The translations under genes and the position numbers were made by a program. A stretch of 64,000 nt of DNA, taken from an uncultured Oscillospiraceae bacterium. Lineage in GTDB: Bacteria > Bacillota > Clostridia > Saccharofermentanales > DTU023. The notes under the pieces are model-generated. The model saw only the letters and a list, made by a program, of their open reading frames with translations, made no database searches and was not told the origin of the DNA. Shown in pieces: positions 36,394 through 45,415 of this stretch. The stretch lies in contig CAYNNG010000001.1 of the NCBI GenBank assembly GCA_964398655.1, forward strand, positions 27,182 to 91,181. The letters are read 5' to 3'. The stretch's first letter is position 1; every line of letters begins with the position of its first letter.

Positions 36394-39177
36394 TTACAAG
36401 TTTTCTAAACTGGGAGCTAGGATTTCCTTAGGCTTAAAGCCCAGGTAATCACCGGCCACCAGGCTATAAGGGACACCATCTATCAGCTGCTGGTTAAGGC
36501 AGTAGGGAGAACCAGCGTGGTGGATATGGCCGAAGACACAAGCTACTGCGCCCGCTTCACGTATGAGGCTTGTGACCTGGCTAGGGGCGAGGTTCTTGGC
36601 AAAGGGTGGGAAGTGGGTCATGACAATGAGCTGACGGTCCCCAGGAATCTGACCTGCGGCCTGCAAAGACAACTGCAGCCTGGCCTCTTCTCTCTGTAAA
36701 ATCTTGTCGTCCGCGGCCGTAAAGCGCTGGTCGTCTGGCCAGAGCCAGAGCCGGCTGCCCGCGATCATATAACGGTCTCCCAGGGGCAGGGCCGTATTTT
36801 GCAGGAAATGCAGGCTGGACCAGCCTTGGTCCTGGGCATAGCCGCGAATTTTATTCAGGCTCTGCCACCAATAGTCATGGTTGCCCCGCAGGAGGATTTT
36901 CTGCCCCGGCAAGTCCTGTAGAAGCTGGAGGTCAGCAACAGCCTCAGGCAGGTGCATGGCCCAGGAAATATCTCCCGGGATGAGCACATAGTCCTGGTCA
37001 GCTACTAGTTCCCGCCACTGGTCCTGCAAGCGCCGGGTGTGGTCTTTCCAGACTGGCCCAAACTTATCCATGGGCTTGTCCACACTCTGGGAGAGGTGGA
37101 GGTCAGCAATCGCAAAAATACGGGCTTCCTGGCTTACGGAAAGTTCGGCCGGCAGGGGCTCCGGGCTGGGCAAATCTTCCGTTAGGTCTGAAGTTTCTTT
37201 CCCCTTATGTTCCAGATCCACCTGGTCCTCTGCCTGGCTGGTGTCAGCTGCAGGTTCGGCTGAATCCAGGGCTTCTTCCGGGTGAAAGTGCTGGTAGACC
37301 GCCAGGGCCACGGAACTGGGTAGCTTGGCCTCGCTCTCCAGTTCGCCCAAACTGGCTTGCGACACGCCCTTAAGCGTTTTAAAGGCCTGGAGCAAGGCCT
37401 TGCGGCGGGCAGGCCCTACACCAGGGATCTCCTCCAGGCTCCAGCGCAGGTTCCGCTTTCGGGCCAGCTTCTTCTGCTGGCGCCCGGCAAAGCGGTGGGC
37501 CTCGTTTTGAATCGCCGTAATCAGGCGGAGCAAGCTGAGGTCCTTATTGCGGTCCTCCGTGCTCATCCGGGCTTCTTGCTGGGGGTCGTGGCGGAGCAGG
37601 ATTTCAGTCTGGTCCTGGCGGATCAGGCCTCGTGACCGGTGCCGGTCATCCTTAACCATGCCGGCCAGGGCAATTTCGGGCGCCGTGGCCTGAATTAAGG
37701 GGTCGATGGCTGCCACATGGCCCGCGCCGCCGTCCAAGAGGATGAGCTGGGGCCTTTGGCCAAAATCTTCGTCCGTCAAGCGGGCCAAGCGGCGGGAAAT
37801 GGCCTCCTGCATTGAGGCATAGTCGTCCTGGCCCTCCACACGCTTGATATTAAAGTGCCGGTAGGCCGAGCGTTTGGGCTTGCCGTCCATAAAGACAATC
37901 ATGGAAGCTGCCTTGTCGTCCTGGCTCAGGTTGGCGATATCGTAGGCTTCAATGCGGTGGGGATATTCTTGCAAGCCCAGGCGATCAGCCAGGTCTTCCA
38001 GGGTGCGTTCCAAGTTGCCCTGTCCCCCGCCCACCAAGACATGGCGGACTAAACTTTCTTCCGCGTTCCGCTCTGCCATCTCCAGCCAGCGCAACTTAAG
38101 TCCGCGCTGGGGCCGGTGGACCCGAATCTTGCGTCCGGCCTGGCTGCGCAGCCAGGCTTCCACCTGCTCTAAACCGTCCGGCAGGTCAGAAAGCAGAATT
38201 TCCTGGGGCAGCTGGTGACCCTGGGAGTAGTATTGCAAAATAAAGGCCTGGTAAAGTTCTGCCCGGCTCTCCCCCCGGTCGGGGAAGAAATAGGAACCGG
38301 TAGAGATAATCCGGCCTTCCCTCACCTTCAAGATGCGTACGGCCTTTTCTGAATCATTCTCGGCCAAAGCCAGGACATCCGCGTCGCTCTCCAGCTCAGG
38401 CAGGGCGATGGTCTGCCGCTCATTCAGTTTTTCCAGAGCTTGGAGTCGGTCGCGCAGACGGGCGGCCTGCTCAAAGTCCAGGCGGGCAGCGGCCTTCCGC
38501 ATATCCTGTTCCAACTTGCGGCTGAAGGGTACGGATTTGCCCTCCAAAAATTGGACCAACTCGTCAATCACGGCCCGATATTCCTCTTGGGGCACCGAGC
38601 CCAGGCAGGGACCAATACACTTGCCAATATAATAATTCAGGCAGGGCCGTTCCTTGCCAATATCTCGGGGCAAGACCCGGCGGCAGCGTTTGAGGGGGAA
38701 AATTTCATAAATAGCTTGCAAAGCCCGGTAGAGGTCTCCACTTTGGTAGGGTCCAAAGTAGCGCACGCCCTCTTTGTAGTCGTCCAAGATATGGAAAGAT
38801 TTAACTACCCGGGGATAAGCTTCATTCAGGGTAACCCGAATATAGGGGTACTCTTTATCATCTCGCAGCAGGATATTGTAGCGAGGTTCATAGTGCTTGA
38901 TGAGGTTATTTTCCAGGATCAGGGCTTCCAGCTCATTGGCGCAAAGCACATAATCAAAATCCCGGATGTGAGAAATCATGGCCAGGACTTTGGCATTGCC
39001 CTGGGGATTCTCGGTAAAATAAGAACGCAGACGGCGGGGGAGGTTTATGGCCTTCCCCACATAAATAACCTGCCCAGCTTCATCCTTCATCAGGTAGACG
39101 CCGGGTTCTTCAGGTATGAGGTCTAGCCGAACATCAAGATTCGGAAGGTCTGGCTGGGGGTTCACAAGGGCGGTCAA
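36394..39177 (-). CDS. uvrC: Excinuclease ABC subunit C fused to a C-terminal calcineurin-like metallophosphoesterase domain
   Basis: Single 927-aa ORF. It has a GIY-YIG domain (GVYLMKDEAGQVIYVGKAINLPRRL), a UvrBC domain, an RNaseH-like endonuclease domain and HhH (IPGVGPARRKALLQAF). A ~55-aa acidic linker follows, then a 243-aa phosphoesterase domain (36394-37125): IFAIADLHLS, GDISWAM, RGNHDYWW, THFPP, GHIHH. Confidence 0.85.
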   Translation of the reverse strand: MTALVNPQPDLPNLDVRLDLIPEEPGVYLMKDEAGQVIYVGKAINLPRRLRSYFTENPQGNAKVLAMISHIRDFDYVLCANELEALILENNLIKHYEPRYNILLRDDKEYPYIRVTLNEAYPRVVKSFHILDDYKEGVRYFGPYQSGDLYRALQAIYEIFPLKRCRRVLPRDIGKERPCLNYYIGKCIGPCLGSVPQEEYRAVIDELVQFLEGKSVPFSRKLEQDMRKAAARLDFEQAARLRDRLQALEKLNERQTIALPELESDADVLALAENDSEKAVRILKVREGRIISTGSYFFPDRGESRAELYQAFILQYYSQGHQLPQEILLSDLPDGLEQVEAWLRSQAGRKIRVHRPQRGLKLRWLEMAERNAEESLVRHVLVGGGQGNLERTLEDLADRLGLQEYPHRIEAYDIANLSQDDKAASMIVFMDGKPKRSAYRHFNIKRVEGQDDYASMQEAISRRLARLTDEDFGQRPQLILLDGGAGHVAAIDPLIQATAPEIALAGMVKDDRHRSRGLIRQDQTEILLRHDPQQEARMSTEDRNKDLSLLRLITAIQNEAHRFAGRQQKKLARKRNLRWSLEEIPGVGPARRKALLQAFKTLKGVSQASLGELESEAKLPSSVALAVYQHFHPEEALDSAEPAADTSQAEDQVDLEHKGKETSDLTEDLPSPEPLPAELSVSQEARIFAIADLHLSQSVDKPMDKFGPVWKDHTRRLQDQWRELVADQDYVLIPGDISWAMHLPEAVADLQLLQDLPGQKILLRGNHDYWWQSLNKIRGYAQDQGWSSLHFLQNTALPLGDRYMIAGSRLWLWPDDQRFTAADDKILQREEARLQLSLQAAGQIPGDRQLIVMTHFPPFAKNLAPSQVTSLIREAGAVACVFGHIHHAGSPYCLNQQLIDGVPYSLVAGDYLGFKPKEILAPSLENL

Positions 39178-39183
39178 GCTTCC

Positions 39184-39462
39184 TTATTCTTCTAAAAGGG
39201 GATCAGCAAGCCATTGGCTCAGAGTGGCCAAGGCCTCATCTTCGTCTGGACCGTCTGCTAGAAGCGTGAGTTCAGAACCGGGGGTCATGCCCAGGGACAT
39301 CAGGCCCAGAAGGCTCTTAGCGTTTGCGCGTTTGTCGCCAATTTGCACATGGACAGAAGACCGGTAAGCAGAGGCCTTCTGAATCAAAAGGGCTAAGGTT
39401 TTCATCTGGATAGATTCTTCACCTTGTAAGATAATCTTGGCTTCTTTCATATTTTCCTCCAA
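39184..39462 (-). CDS. crh: HPr-family protein of Crh type (Gln at the His15 position, Ser46 region retained)
   Basis: GEESIQMKTLALLIQKAS aligns with HPr GIHARPA / Crh GLQARPA. ANAKSLLGLMSLG keeps the Ser46 motif. Confidence 0.75.
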   Translation of the reverse strand: MEENMKEAKIILQGEESIQMKTLALLIQKASAYRSSVHVQIGDKRANAKSLLGLMSLGMTPGSELTLLADGPDEDEALATLSQWLADPLLEE

Positions 39463-39546
39463 GAGAAAGCTTATGCCTATTTTAGGCTAGGGTTCTTTCT
39501 TAAGCAAGACCTCGAACTACCGGGATGCAGGCGGGGTCATTCTTGC

Positions 39547-40761
39547 CTATAGTTGGACTTCCAGGATCAGCGCATCTTCGCGTGGTTTGTCGTAGTAGTT
39601 TTTACGTTCCCCACAGGGCAGAAAACCCAAGCTGGCATAAAGTTTACGGGCCGCTTCATTGGACTTGCGGACTTCCAGGGTCAGGCGGTGCACACCCCGG
39701 GACTTGGCGTCGGCCATCAGGCCAGCCAGGAGTTTTTGCCCCAGGCCCTGGTGGCGGTGGTCCGGCAGTATGGCTATATTGAGAATTTCTGCCTCGTCCA
39801 CATGGAGGTAGTAGCCCCCATAGCCCAGGATTTCTTCCGCCGGCTTGGCCTGGTCCCCGCTTCCCTCTTCTTCATCCGGCTGAGGCTGCGGTAGATAAAT
39901 GAGAAACAGCTTGGCGTCCTTGTTTTCAGGCGCTAGCTGGTGGGCCAGGGCCTTGCGGGACCAGGGGGTAGAGAAGACGGCCCGCTCGATCTGGTGGATG
40001 GTATCCAGGTCTTTCAGACCCGCAGGGCGGAGCTGAACCTGGGCCAGATGCTCTGACCGCACCCGTTCGGCCTGGGTAGGAGCACAGTAATTGGCCGCAG
40101 TTTCTTGCCAGGAGGGTTTTTCCCCACGGTCCGCGGCTTCTTGGGCCAGGAGGCCCAGGTTATAAGGTCGGAGGCAGGCCACACTGGCATCTAGGACTTC
40201 TAAGGTAAAATGCTGGCTGGCCTCAGGATCCAGATCATAGGCTGCTTGGATAGCCGAGGCCCCATCGCCCAAAAGATAGAGGGTGGGCTGGCTTTTACGG
40301 CCTAGGTAAAAGAGCTTCTTCAATTCTGCCATGAGGTCTTGCCCATAACGGTTGGCTTCGGGCAAAACCCTTTGCCCTCCGCGGTAAAGGCAAGAGAAGG
40401 TCCGGCCAGATCGGGCATCCAAGGCCGGCAGGAAGAAGGCATCCATAGCCCGATAAGGCGCCGCCATCAGGGCCAGGCTGGAAAAAGCATAGATAGGTTT
40501 GTCCGCTTGCCAGGCCCAGGTTTTGGCCGTGGCCAGGCCAATACGGATGCCGGTATAGGATCCCGGTCCGCTCGTCACCGCAAAGGCTTCAAGCTCAGAA
40601 AAATCTACCCCCGCCTCGGTCAGAAGTTCTTTTAACTGAGGCAGGAGGGTAACAGAATGCTTAAAACCTGCTACAAGGCTGCGTTCCGCCAAAAGCTGAC
40701 CGTCCTTGACCAGGGCTAGGCCCAAGCTTTTACTTGATGTGTCCAAGGCTAAAATTAGCAT
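39547..40761 (-). CDS. tsaB: tRNA t6A protein TsaB fused to a RimI-type GNAT acetyltransferase
   Basis: N-terminal half: MLILALDTSSKSLGLALV..GPGSYTGIRIG. C-terminal half: AEILNIAILPDHRHQGLGQKLL..RLTLEVRKSNEAARKLYASLGF. Confidence 0.85.
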   Translation of the reverse strand: MLILALDTSSKSLGLALVKDGQLLAERSLVAGFKHSVTLLPQLKELLTEAGVDFSELEAFAVTSGPGSYTGIRIGLATAKTWAWQADKPIYAFSSLALMAAPYRAMDAFFLPALDARSGRTFSCLYRGGQRVLPEANRYGQDLMAELKKLFYLGRKSQPTLYLLGDGASAIQAAYDLDPEASQHFTLEVLDASVACLRPYNLGLLAQEAADRGEKPSWQETAANYCAPTQAERVRSEHLAQVQLRPAGLKDLDTIHQIERAVFSTPWSRKALAHQLAPENKDAKLFLIYLPQPQPDEEEGSGDQAKPAEEILGYGGYYLHVDEAEILNIAILPDHRHQGLGQKLLAGLMADAKSRGVHRLTLEVRKSNEAARKLYASLGFLPCGERKNYYDKPREDALILEVQL

Positions 40762-41276
40762 GCAAATAACTCCTGCAAGGCGGTAAGCCGGTCTGGGCCC
40801 AGGTCTGGGCTGGCCCAGAGTTCAATCAGACGGTCTTGGTCTTGTTCCCCAGGTGAGAGGGAGATAACCAGGTCAGGCGGCGGCAGGACCTCCAAAATCC
40901 GGCTGGGCCACTCTATCAGGACCACACCATCACTATCTAGGTAGTCCGCAAAACCTAAGTCATACCAGTCTTCCGCAGAATGAAAACGGTAGCAGTCAAA
41001 ATGGTAGAGGGCCGGTAGGCCGGCTTGACCAGGCTGGTGTTCCCGCAGATAGGTAAAGGAGGGGCTGGCCACCTGGCCTTGCACGCCCAAGCCCCGGGCC
41101 AGGCCGCGGGCCAAACAGGTCTTGCCCGCGCCCAAGTCTCCGTACAGGGGAATCAGGTCCCCCGCTTGCAAACAGGAGGCCAGGGACGTCGCCCAAGCCT
41201 CCGTATCGGCAGGTGAATGAGAAAAATAAGAGGTGCGGAATCCCGCACCTCCTCTTGTGATATATGGGTCTCGCAT
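40755..41276 (-). CDS. tsaE: tRNA t6A ATPase TsaE
   Basis: LYGDLGAGKTCLARGLARGLG..SPSFTYLREH..HFDCYR. Confidence 0.88.
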   Translation of the reverse strand: MRDPYITRGGAGFRTSYFSHSPADTEAWATSLASCLQAGDLIPLYGDLGAGKTCLARGLARGLGVQGQVASPSFTYLREHQPGQAGLPALYHFDCYRFHSAEDWYDLGFADYLDSDGVVLIEWPSRILEVLPPPDLVISLSPGEQDQDRLIELWASPDLGPDRLTALQELFAC

Positions 41277-41674
41277 TAACGCTTGGAGAACTGAGAAGCT
41301 TTACGAGCTTTCTTAAGTCCGTATTTCTTGCGTTCCTTAACCCGAGAATCACGGGTGAGGAAGCCCTCTTTCTTGAGGGTGGCCTTGAAGCGCTCTGCGT
41401 CTGCCTCTACCAGGGCCCGGGAGATCCCGTGGCGGATAGCGCCGGCCTGGCCGGAAATACCGCCGCCGTGGACGTTGACTTTGATATCAAACTCGCCTAC
41501 TGCGCCTGTGAGGTTTAGGGGCTGACGTACGATGTATTTCAGAGTTTCGAGGCTGAAATAATCATCGATGTCTTTATCGTTAATGGTGATTTGGCCTTGT
41601 CCGGGGTACAGTCTTACCCTTGCGACAGACTCCTTGCGGCGGCCAGTACCGTAGTAAAAATCTCTATTTGCCAT
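41276..41674 (-). CDS. rpsI: 30S ribosomal protein S9
   Basis: [39 protein letters not shown]-terminal [12 protein letters not shown]. Confidence 0.97.
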   Translation of the reverse strand: MANRDFYYGTGRRKESVARVRLYPGQGQITINDKDIDDYFSLETLKYIVRQPLNLTGAVGEFDIKVNVHGGGISGQAGAIRHGISRALVEADAERFKATLKKEGFLTRDSRVKERKKYGLKKARKASQFSKR

Positions 41675-41686
41675 GGTCTACTCCTT

Positions 41687-42118
41687 CTACTTTACTTCGT
41701 AAACTTCGGGCTTTTGGGCAGCGTGGGGATGGTCAGGGCCAGCATAGACCTTGAGCTTCTTAAACATTTTGCGTCCCAGGCTGTTCTTGGGCAGCATGCC
41801 TTTAACAGCGGCTTCCAAGATTCTCTCGGGGTGCTTTTCCAGCATTTGTTCATAGGGGACTTCCTTGAGTCCGCCCATATAACCGGAGTGACGGCGATAG
41901 AGCTTTTGCTGGGCTTTCTTGCCTGTAACTCTAATCTTATCGGCGTTGATTACGACGACGTAATCGCCCGTATCAACAAAGGGGGTATATTCTGCTTTGT
42001 GCTTACCGCGCAGCAGGGTGGCAATCTGAGTGGCCAAACGGCCAAGGACTTGGTCTTCAGCATCAATGACATACCACTTACGGTCAACAGTTTCGGCTTT
42101 TGCCATGTAGCTTTTCAT
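41687..42118 (-). CDS. rplM: 50S ribosomal protein L13
   Basis: [47 protein letters not shown]. Confidence 0.97.
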   Translation of the reverse strand: MKSYMAKAETVDRKWYVIDAEDQVLGRLATQIATLLRGKHKAEYTPFVDTGDYVVVINADKIRVTGKKAQQKLYRRHSGYMGGLKEVPYEQMLEKHPERILEAAVKGMLPKNSLGRKMFKKLKVYAGPDHPHAAQKPEVYEVK

Positions 42119-42330
42119 GCTTTCCTCCTAAATAGGTCTTTCTTGGCCTTGGTGGACTTTGCCCTTTTCGGCTGGCGAGGCCAGCTAAAAACAGCAAGGC
42201 CCACCAAATGGGCGCTTAGCTAAAATAAGGCTTTCACTAGACTTTGTCAAATAATTTTTCAAATTAACCCAACAAAACTCGTCTTTTCGCGAATTAACTC
42301 GTTTTTTCTCCGTTTTACGTTTTTGAGGGT

Positions 42331-43809
42331 TTAATAATGCCTTTCCTCGTACCGGCGGCGGATACGGTCCTGCTTTTTCTTGTGATGGAGTTGGTAGGCC
42401 AAGATCAAGGTCAGGGTCAAGAAAAGTGAGAAGCCTAAGAAAATCAAGAACAAGGGCAGGCGGCCAACTACAATCTCGTCTGCGGCCACGGTCTGCTGGT
42501 CTGCTTGTTGAAGTTCCGGAGCGACGACCGTAAAGGACGGGAGAGGCTCCGAAGGTCCGGGCAGGGTTTCCTGAGCCGCCGCGGCGGCCTTGGCCCCCAA
42601 GAGAGGGTCCGCCATGGTAGGCCAGGGGTAGGTTCCGGGTTCATATTCCGCAGCTTCGTCTTTGCGCGGAGCTCCCATGGCCTTAGCCCCTTCTTCTAAA
42701 AGCGTATGCGACATGATGGCGGAACCTACATAGGAATTGGGATATTCGCCGGTATAGGCGGCATCAAAGAGCACAGCAATCAGGTGCCGGCCATCGTAGG
42801 TGGTGGCCGCAGTCGCCAGGCAGTCCCCCGCAATATCGGTCATACCGGCTTTGATGCCATCGATGGAGGCCAGCCAGGGAGAACCCCAGCCACCATCACC
42901 ATAGGTTACCAGGTAGTTGCCATTGACGATATTGGACCAGCCGGACATGGGGTGAAAATTTGTGGGAGGCAGGCTGTACAGCTTAGTGCCCACCAGACTT
43001 TGAAAGAGGGGGTGACCCATAGCCCGGCGGATGATTTTGACCATATCTTCACAGGTTGTGTGGTGGTCGACATAGCCAAAACCACAGGGATCAAGGAAGT
43101 AGGTGTTTTCACAGCCCAGCTCCTGGGCCTTTTGGTTCATGAGGGCGACAAAATTGTCGATCGTCCCCCCATAATTCTCTGCTAAAGCATTGGCCACCTC
43201 GTTAGCCGACCGCATCATCATGGCGTACAGGCAGGAAATGGTGGGGCAGATTTCCCCAGGCATAAAGCCCGCGGTAGTAGATTCTGGCGCGGGCATGGCG
43301 CAGGACAGGTCACTAAAGTAGATGGGCTTGGCCGGATCGTAGTCGGGATGTTCCAGAATTACCAGGGCCGTCATGATCTTGGTCATAGAGGCCGGATAGG
43401 CAATGGCGTCCGTGTTCTCGCCCAATAGAATCTCGCCTGTATCTCCATCGGCCACGATATAGGCCGCGCAGGCAATCTGATCCAAGCTGGGCCAAGCATC
43501 TACGGGGCGGGGCACATCGCTCACCATCTCGGACCACTCTTGGTCGCTGAATTCCAGCCGGGTAGTCTCCTCACTGCGGCGGTCTTCGTCTTCCGACTCG
43601 GCTTCCTCCTCGGGCTGGTCCTCGTCCAAGACCAGGTCCAGATCTTGGGGATCCGCCTCGGGCACCGCTGCCTCACCTATGGGCAGGGTCTCAGGAGACG
43701 CTTCTTCCGCCTTTACTTGCCAGCCAAGACTTAAGACCGGGCTGCAGAGCAGCGAGACCAAGGCTAAGCAGCTAAGCAGGAACTGGAATTTCGCTGACCC
43801 CTTATTCAT
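42331..43809 (-). CDS. Serine-type D-Ala-D-Ala carboxypeptidase (PBP5/S11-like) with an acidic N-terminal spacer and a C-terminal TM anchor
   Basis: Signal peptide. SxxK (PASMTK), SxN (RSANE) and KxG (IKAGMT) motifs. C-terminal helix LPLFLIFLGFSLFLTLTLILAY. Confidence 0.85.
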   Translation of the reverse strand: MNKGSAKFQFLLSCLALVSLLCSPVLSLGWQVKAEEASPETLPIGEAAVPEADPQDLDLVLDEDQPEEEAESEDEDRRSEETTRLEFSDQEWSEMVSDVPRPVDAWPSLDQIACAAYIVADGDTGEILLGENTDAIAYPASMTKIMTALVILEHPDYDPAKPIYFSDLSCAMPAPESTTAGFMPGEICPTISCLYAMMMRSANEVANALAENYGGTIDNFVALMNQKAQELGCENTYFLDPCGFGYVDHHTTCEDMVKIIRRAMGHPLFQSLVGTKLYSLPPTNFHPMSGWSNIVNGNYLVTYGDGGWGSPWLASIDGIKAGMTDIAGDCLATAATTYDGRHLIAVLFDAAYTGEYPNSYVGSAIMSHTLLEEGAKAMGAPRKDEAAEYEPGTYPWPTMADPLLGAKAAAAAQETLPGPSEPLPSFTVVAPELQQADQQTVAADEIVVGRLPLFLIFLGFSLFLTLTLILAYQLHHKKKQDRIRRRYEERHY

Positions 43810-45349
43810 GAAGGCCCGCCTCTCGCTGACGGCTATGGAGGGAAATCAGGTCAAAGACCTGATCTCCCAGGCCCTCCTGGGTGGACAGGTTTTGGAAAAT
43901 CTGCTCGTCTCCCAGCTGGCCTGCCTCCCGCAGGAGGTAGGAGGCCAAGGCCGGAGGAAAATCTATGCCACTCTCCTCTACCAGGATCTCCGCCATTTGC
44001 GCCCGGCTCTTGTCTTTACTAAAGGCACGGCCAAAGATCGCGTCCGAGGCAAGCTCCCAAGACCAGAGGGGGTTATAAGAAGATAAGACAACCTGCAAGT
44101 CCCCTTCTTTCGCAGACTTGCTGTCCAGCTTGCAGGCCGCAAAGCCCGCCGCGGCACCTCCGTCCAGGAGGTAGTCAGAGCGGTCGTAGAGTGACCGGCA
44201 GGACCGGTTGATGGCTTTGTCATTGTTGAAGATGGCCCGCAGATGACTGCGCCAGGACCGTTGGTAGTCACGACCTAGGCTAAAGCGGCCCGTTTCGCGC
44301 AAGTCCTGCAGGGACTTAGCGAGGAGCTCGCGGTTGCGGCCAATTAATTCAAACAGCAGGGCTTCAAAGGCGGGAGGCCAAATAGTGTTGAGGCTGTCCA
44401 CGGGACCCGACTTGAATTTGCGTTTGAGACTGAAACTGCCAGACCGGAAAAAATCGCTGAAGAGGCGGTTGGCATTTTCGGCGATGAGACTGTACCCAAC
44501 CGGCAAGCCCATGCTTTTGACATACAGGGCCGCCAGGCTGAAGTCCAGATCGTTAGAAGTCAAGGCCAAGTCCATGATCTTGCCTGCTTCCAAGAGTTCA
44601 TGGCCGAAAAGTTCCGACAGGGTAATGAGGAGCAGGGACATCTGGCAAACTAGGGAGATAGGCGAACTTTCATCCGCGGCTAAGAGCCGGATATCCTGCT
44701 GGGCCAAACGGGAGCAGAGGTCACAGCCTTGCCAGAGCTTGCGGTAGGCCCCTTCCGCTTCCTCCAGGCCTTGTCCGAAATAAAAGCCCAGGGCCAGGTC
44801 CTTGCTGAGATAGGACTCTAATCTGGGTAAATCCGCAGGATCAAAACGTCCATCCAAAAAATAGAGGGGGTAAAGCGGGTCTGTGGGCTGATTGGCCGCT
44901 GCGAGGGCCAGAACCTGGTCCAGGCGGGGGCCAGCCAGGCAATAATATATTTCGTCCTCCTGGGCCCAGCAGTTAAAGAGTTCGCGAGCCAGGGCTTGGG
45001 CGTAGTCTGCCCGGCTGCCGGAAGGCCCCTTATCCGCGAAAATCACTACCTCATCCAGTTTATAAGGATTGAGGGCCTTAACCTCAAAAGGCCGGCTGGC
45101 AAAGTCTTCTCCAAAAGCCCGGTCACAAATCTGGGCCAGGGTGTTGGCGTCTGGGTCATCAATGAAGATACGGAGGCAGGCCGCCATCTGCTGGCTAAAG
45201 GTCAAACCTTGCAAGGAAGTGAGAAAGTCCTTGGGCAGGCTGGGAAAGTCCGCTGGGACAAAGGTACCCCCCTGAGGGCCGTAGGCAGCCAGGCTGGCTT
45301 CTTTAAAGCTTAAAGTTAAATCAGGATCACGCGTGGATATAAAGTGCAA
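43802..45349 (-). CDS. Threonine-synthase-like protein with degenerate catalytic motifs
   Basis: MHFISTRDPDLTLSFKEASLAAYGPQGGTFVP matches the ThrC N-domain. IFADKGPSGSRADYA sits where ThrC has LFHGPTxAFKD. IAENANRLFSDFFRSG sits where ThrC has ATNxNDIxxRF. Overlaps the carboxypeptidase start by 8 nt. Confidence 0.6.
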   Translation of the reverse strand: MHFISTRDPDLTLSFKEASLAAYGPQGGTFVPADFPSLPKDFLTSLQGLTFSQQMAACLRIFIDDPDANTLAQICDRAFGEDFASRPFEVKALNPYKLDEVVIFADKGPSGSRADYAQALARELFNCWAQEDEIYYCLAGPRLDQVLALAAANQPTDPLYPLYFLDGRFDPADLPRLESYLSKDLALGFYFGQGLEEAEGAYRKLWQGCDLCSRLAQQDIRLLAADESSPISLVCQMSLLLITLSELFGHELLEAGKIMDLALTSNDLDFSLAALYVKSMGLPVGYSLIAENANRLFSDFFRSGSFSLKRKFKSGPVDSLNTIWPPAFEALLFELIGRNRELLAKSLQDLRETGRFSLGRDYQRSWRSHLRAIFNNDKAINRSCRSLYDRSDYLLDGGAAAGFAACKLDSKSAKEGDLQVVLSSYNPLWSWELASDAIFGRAFSKDKSRAQMAEILVEESGIDFPPALASYLLREAGQLGDEQIFQNLSTQEGLGDQVFDLISLHSRQREAGLHE

Positions 45350-45415
45350 AGTCTTCTCTCCTTAAGACAGGTTAGGTAAATTAACTGGTTGGCAGCTGTG
45401 AGCCCCTGTACAGGC

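Noticed and set aside
42119-42330. L13-leader RNA upstream of rplM
   Set aside because: Some pairing is visible (TTGGTGG/CCACCAA, GCTGGC-GAG-GCCAGC), but I cannot match it to the known motif from memory. It is left unannotated pending a covariance-model scan.
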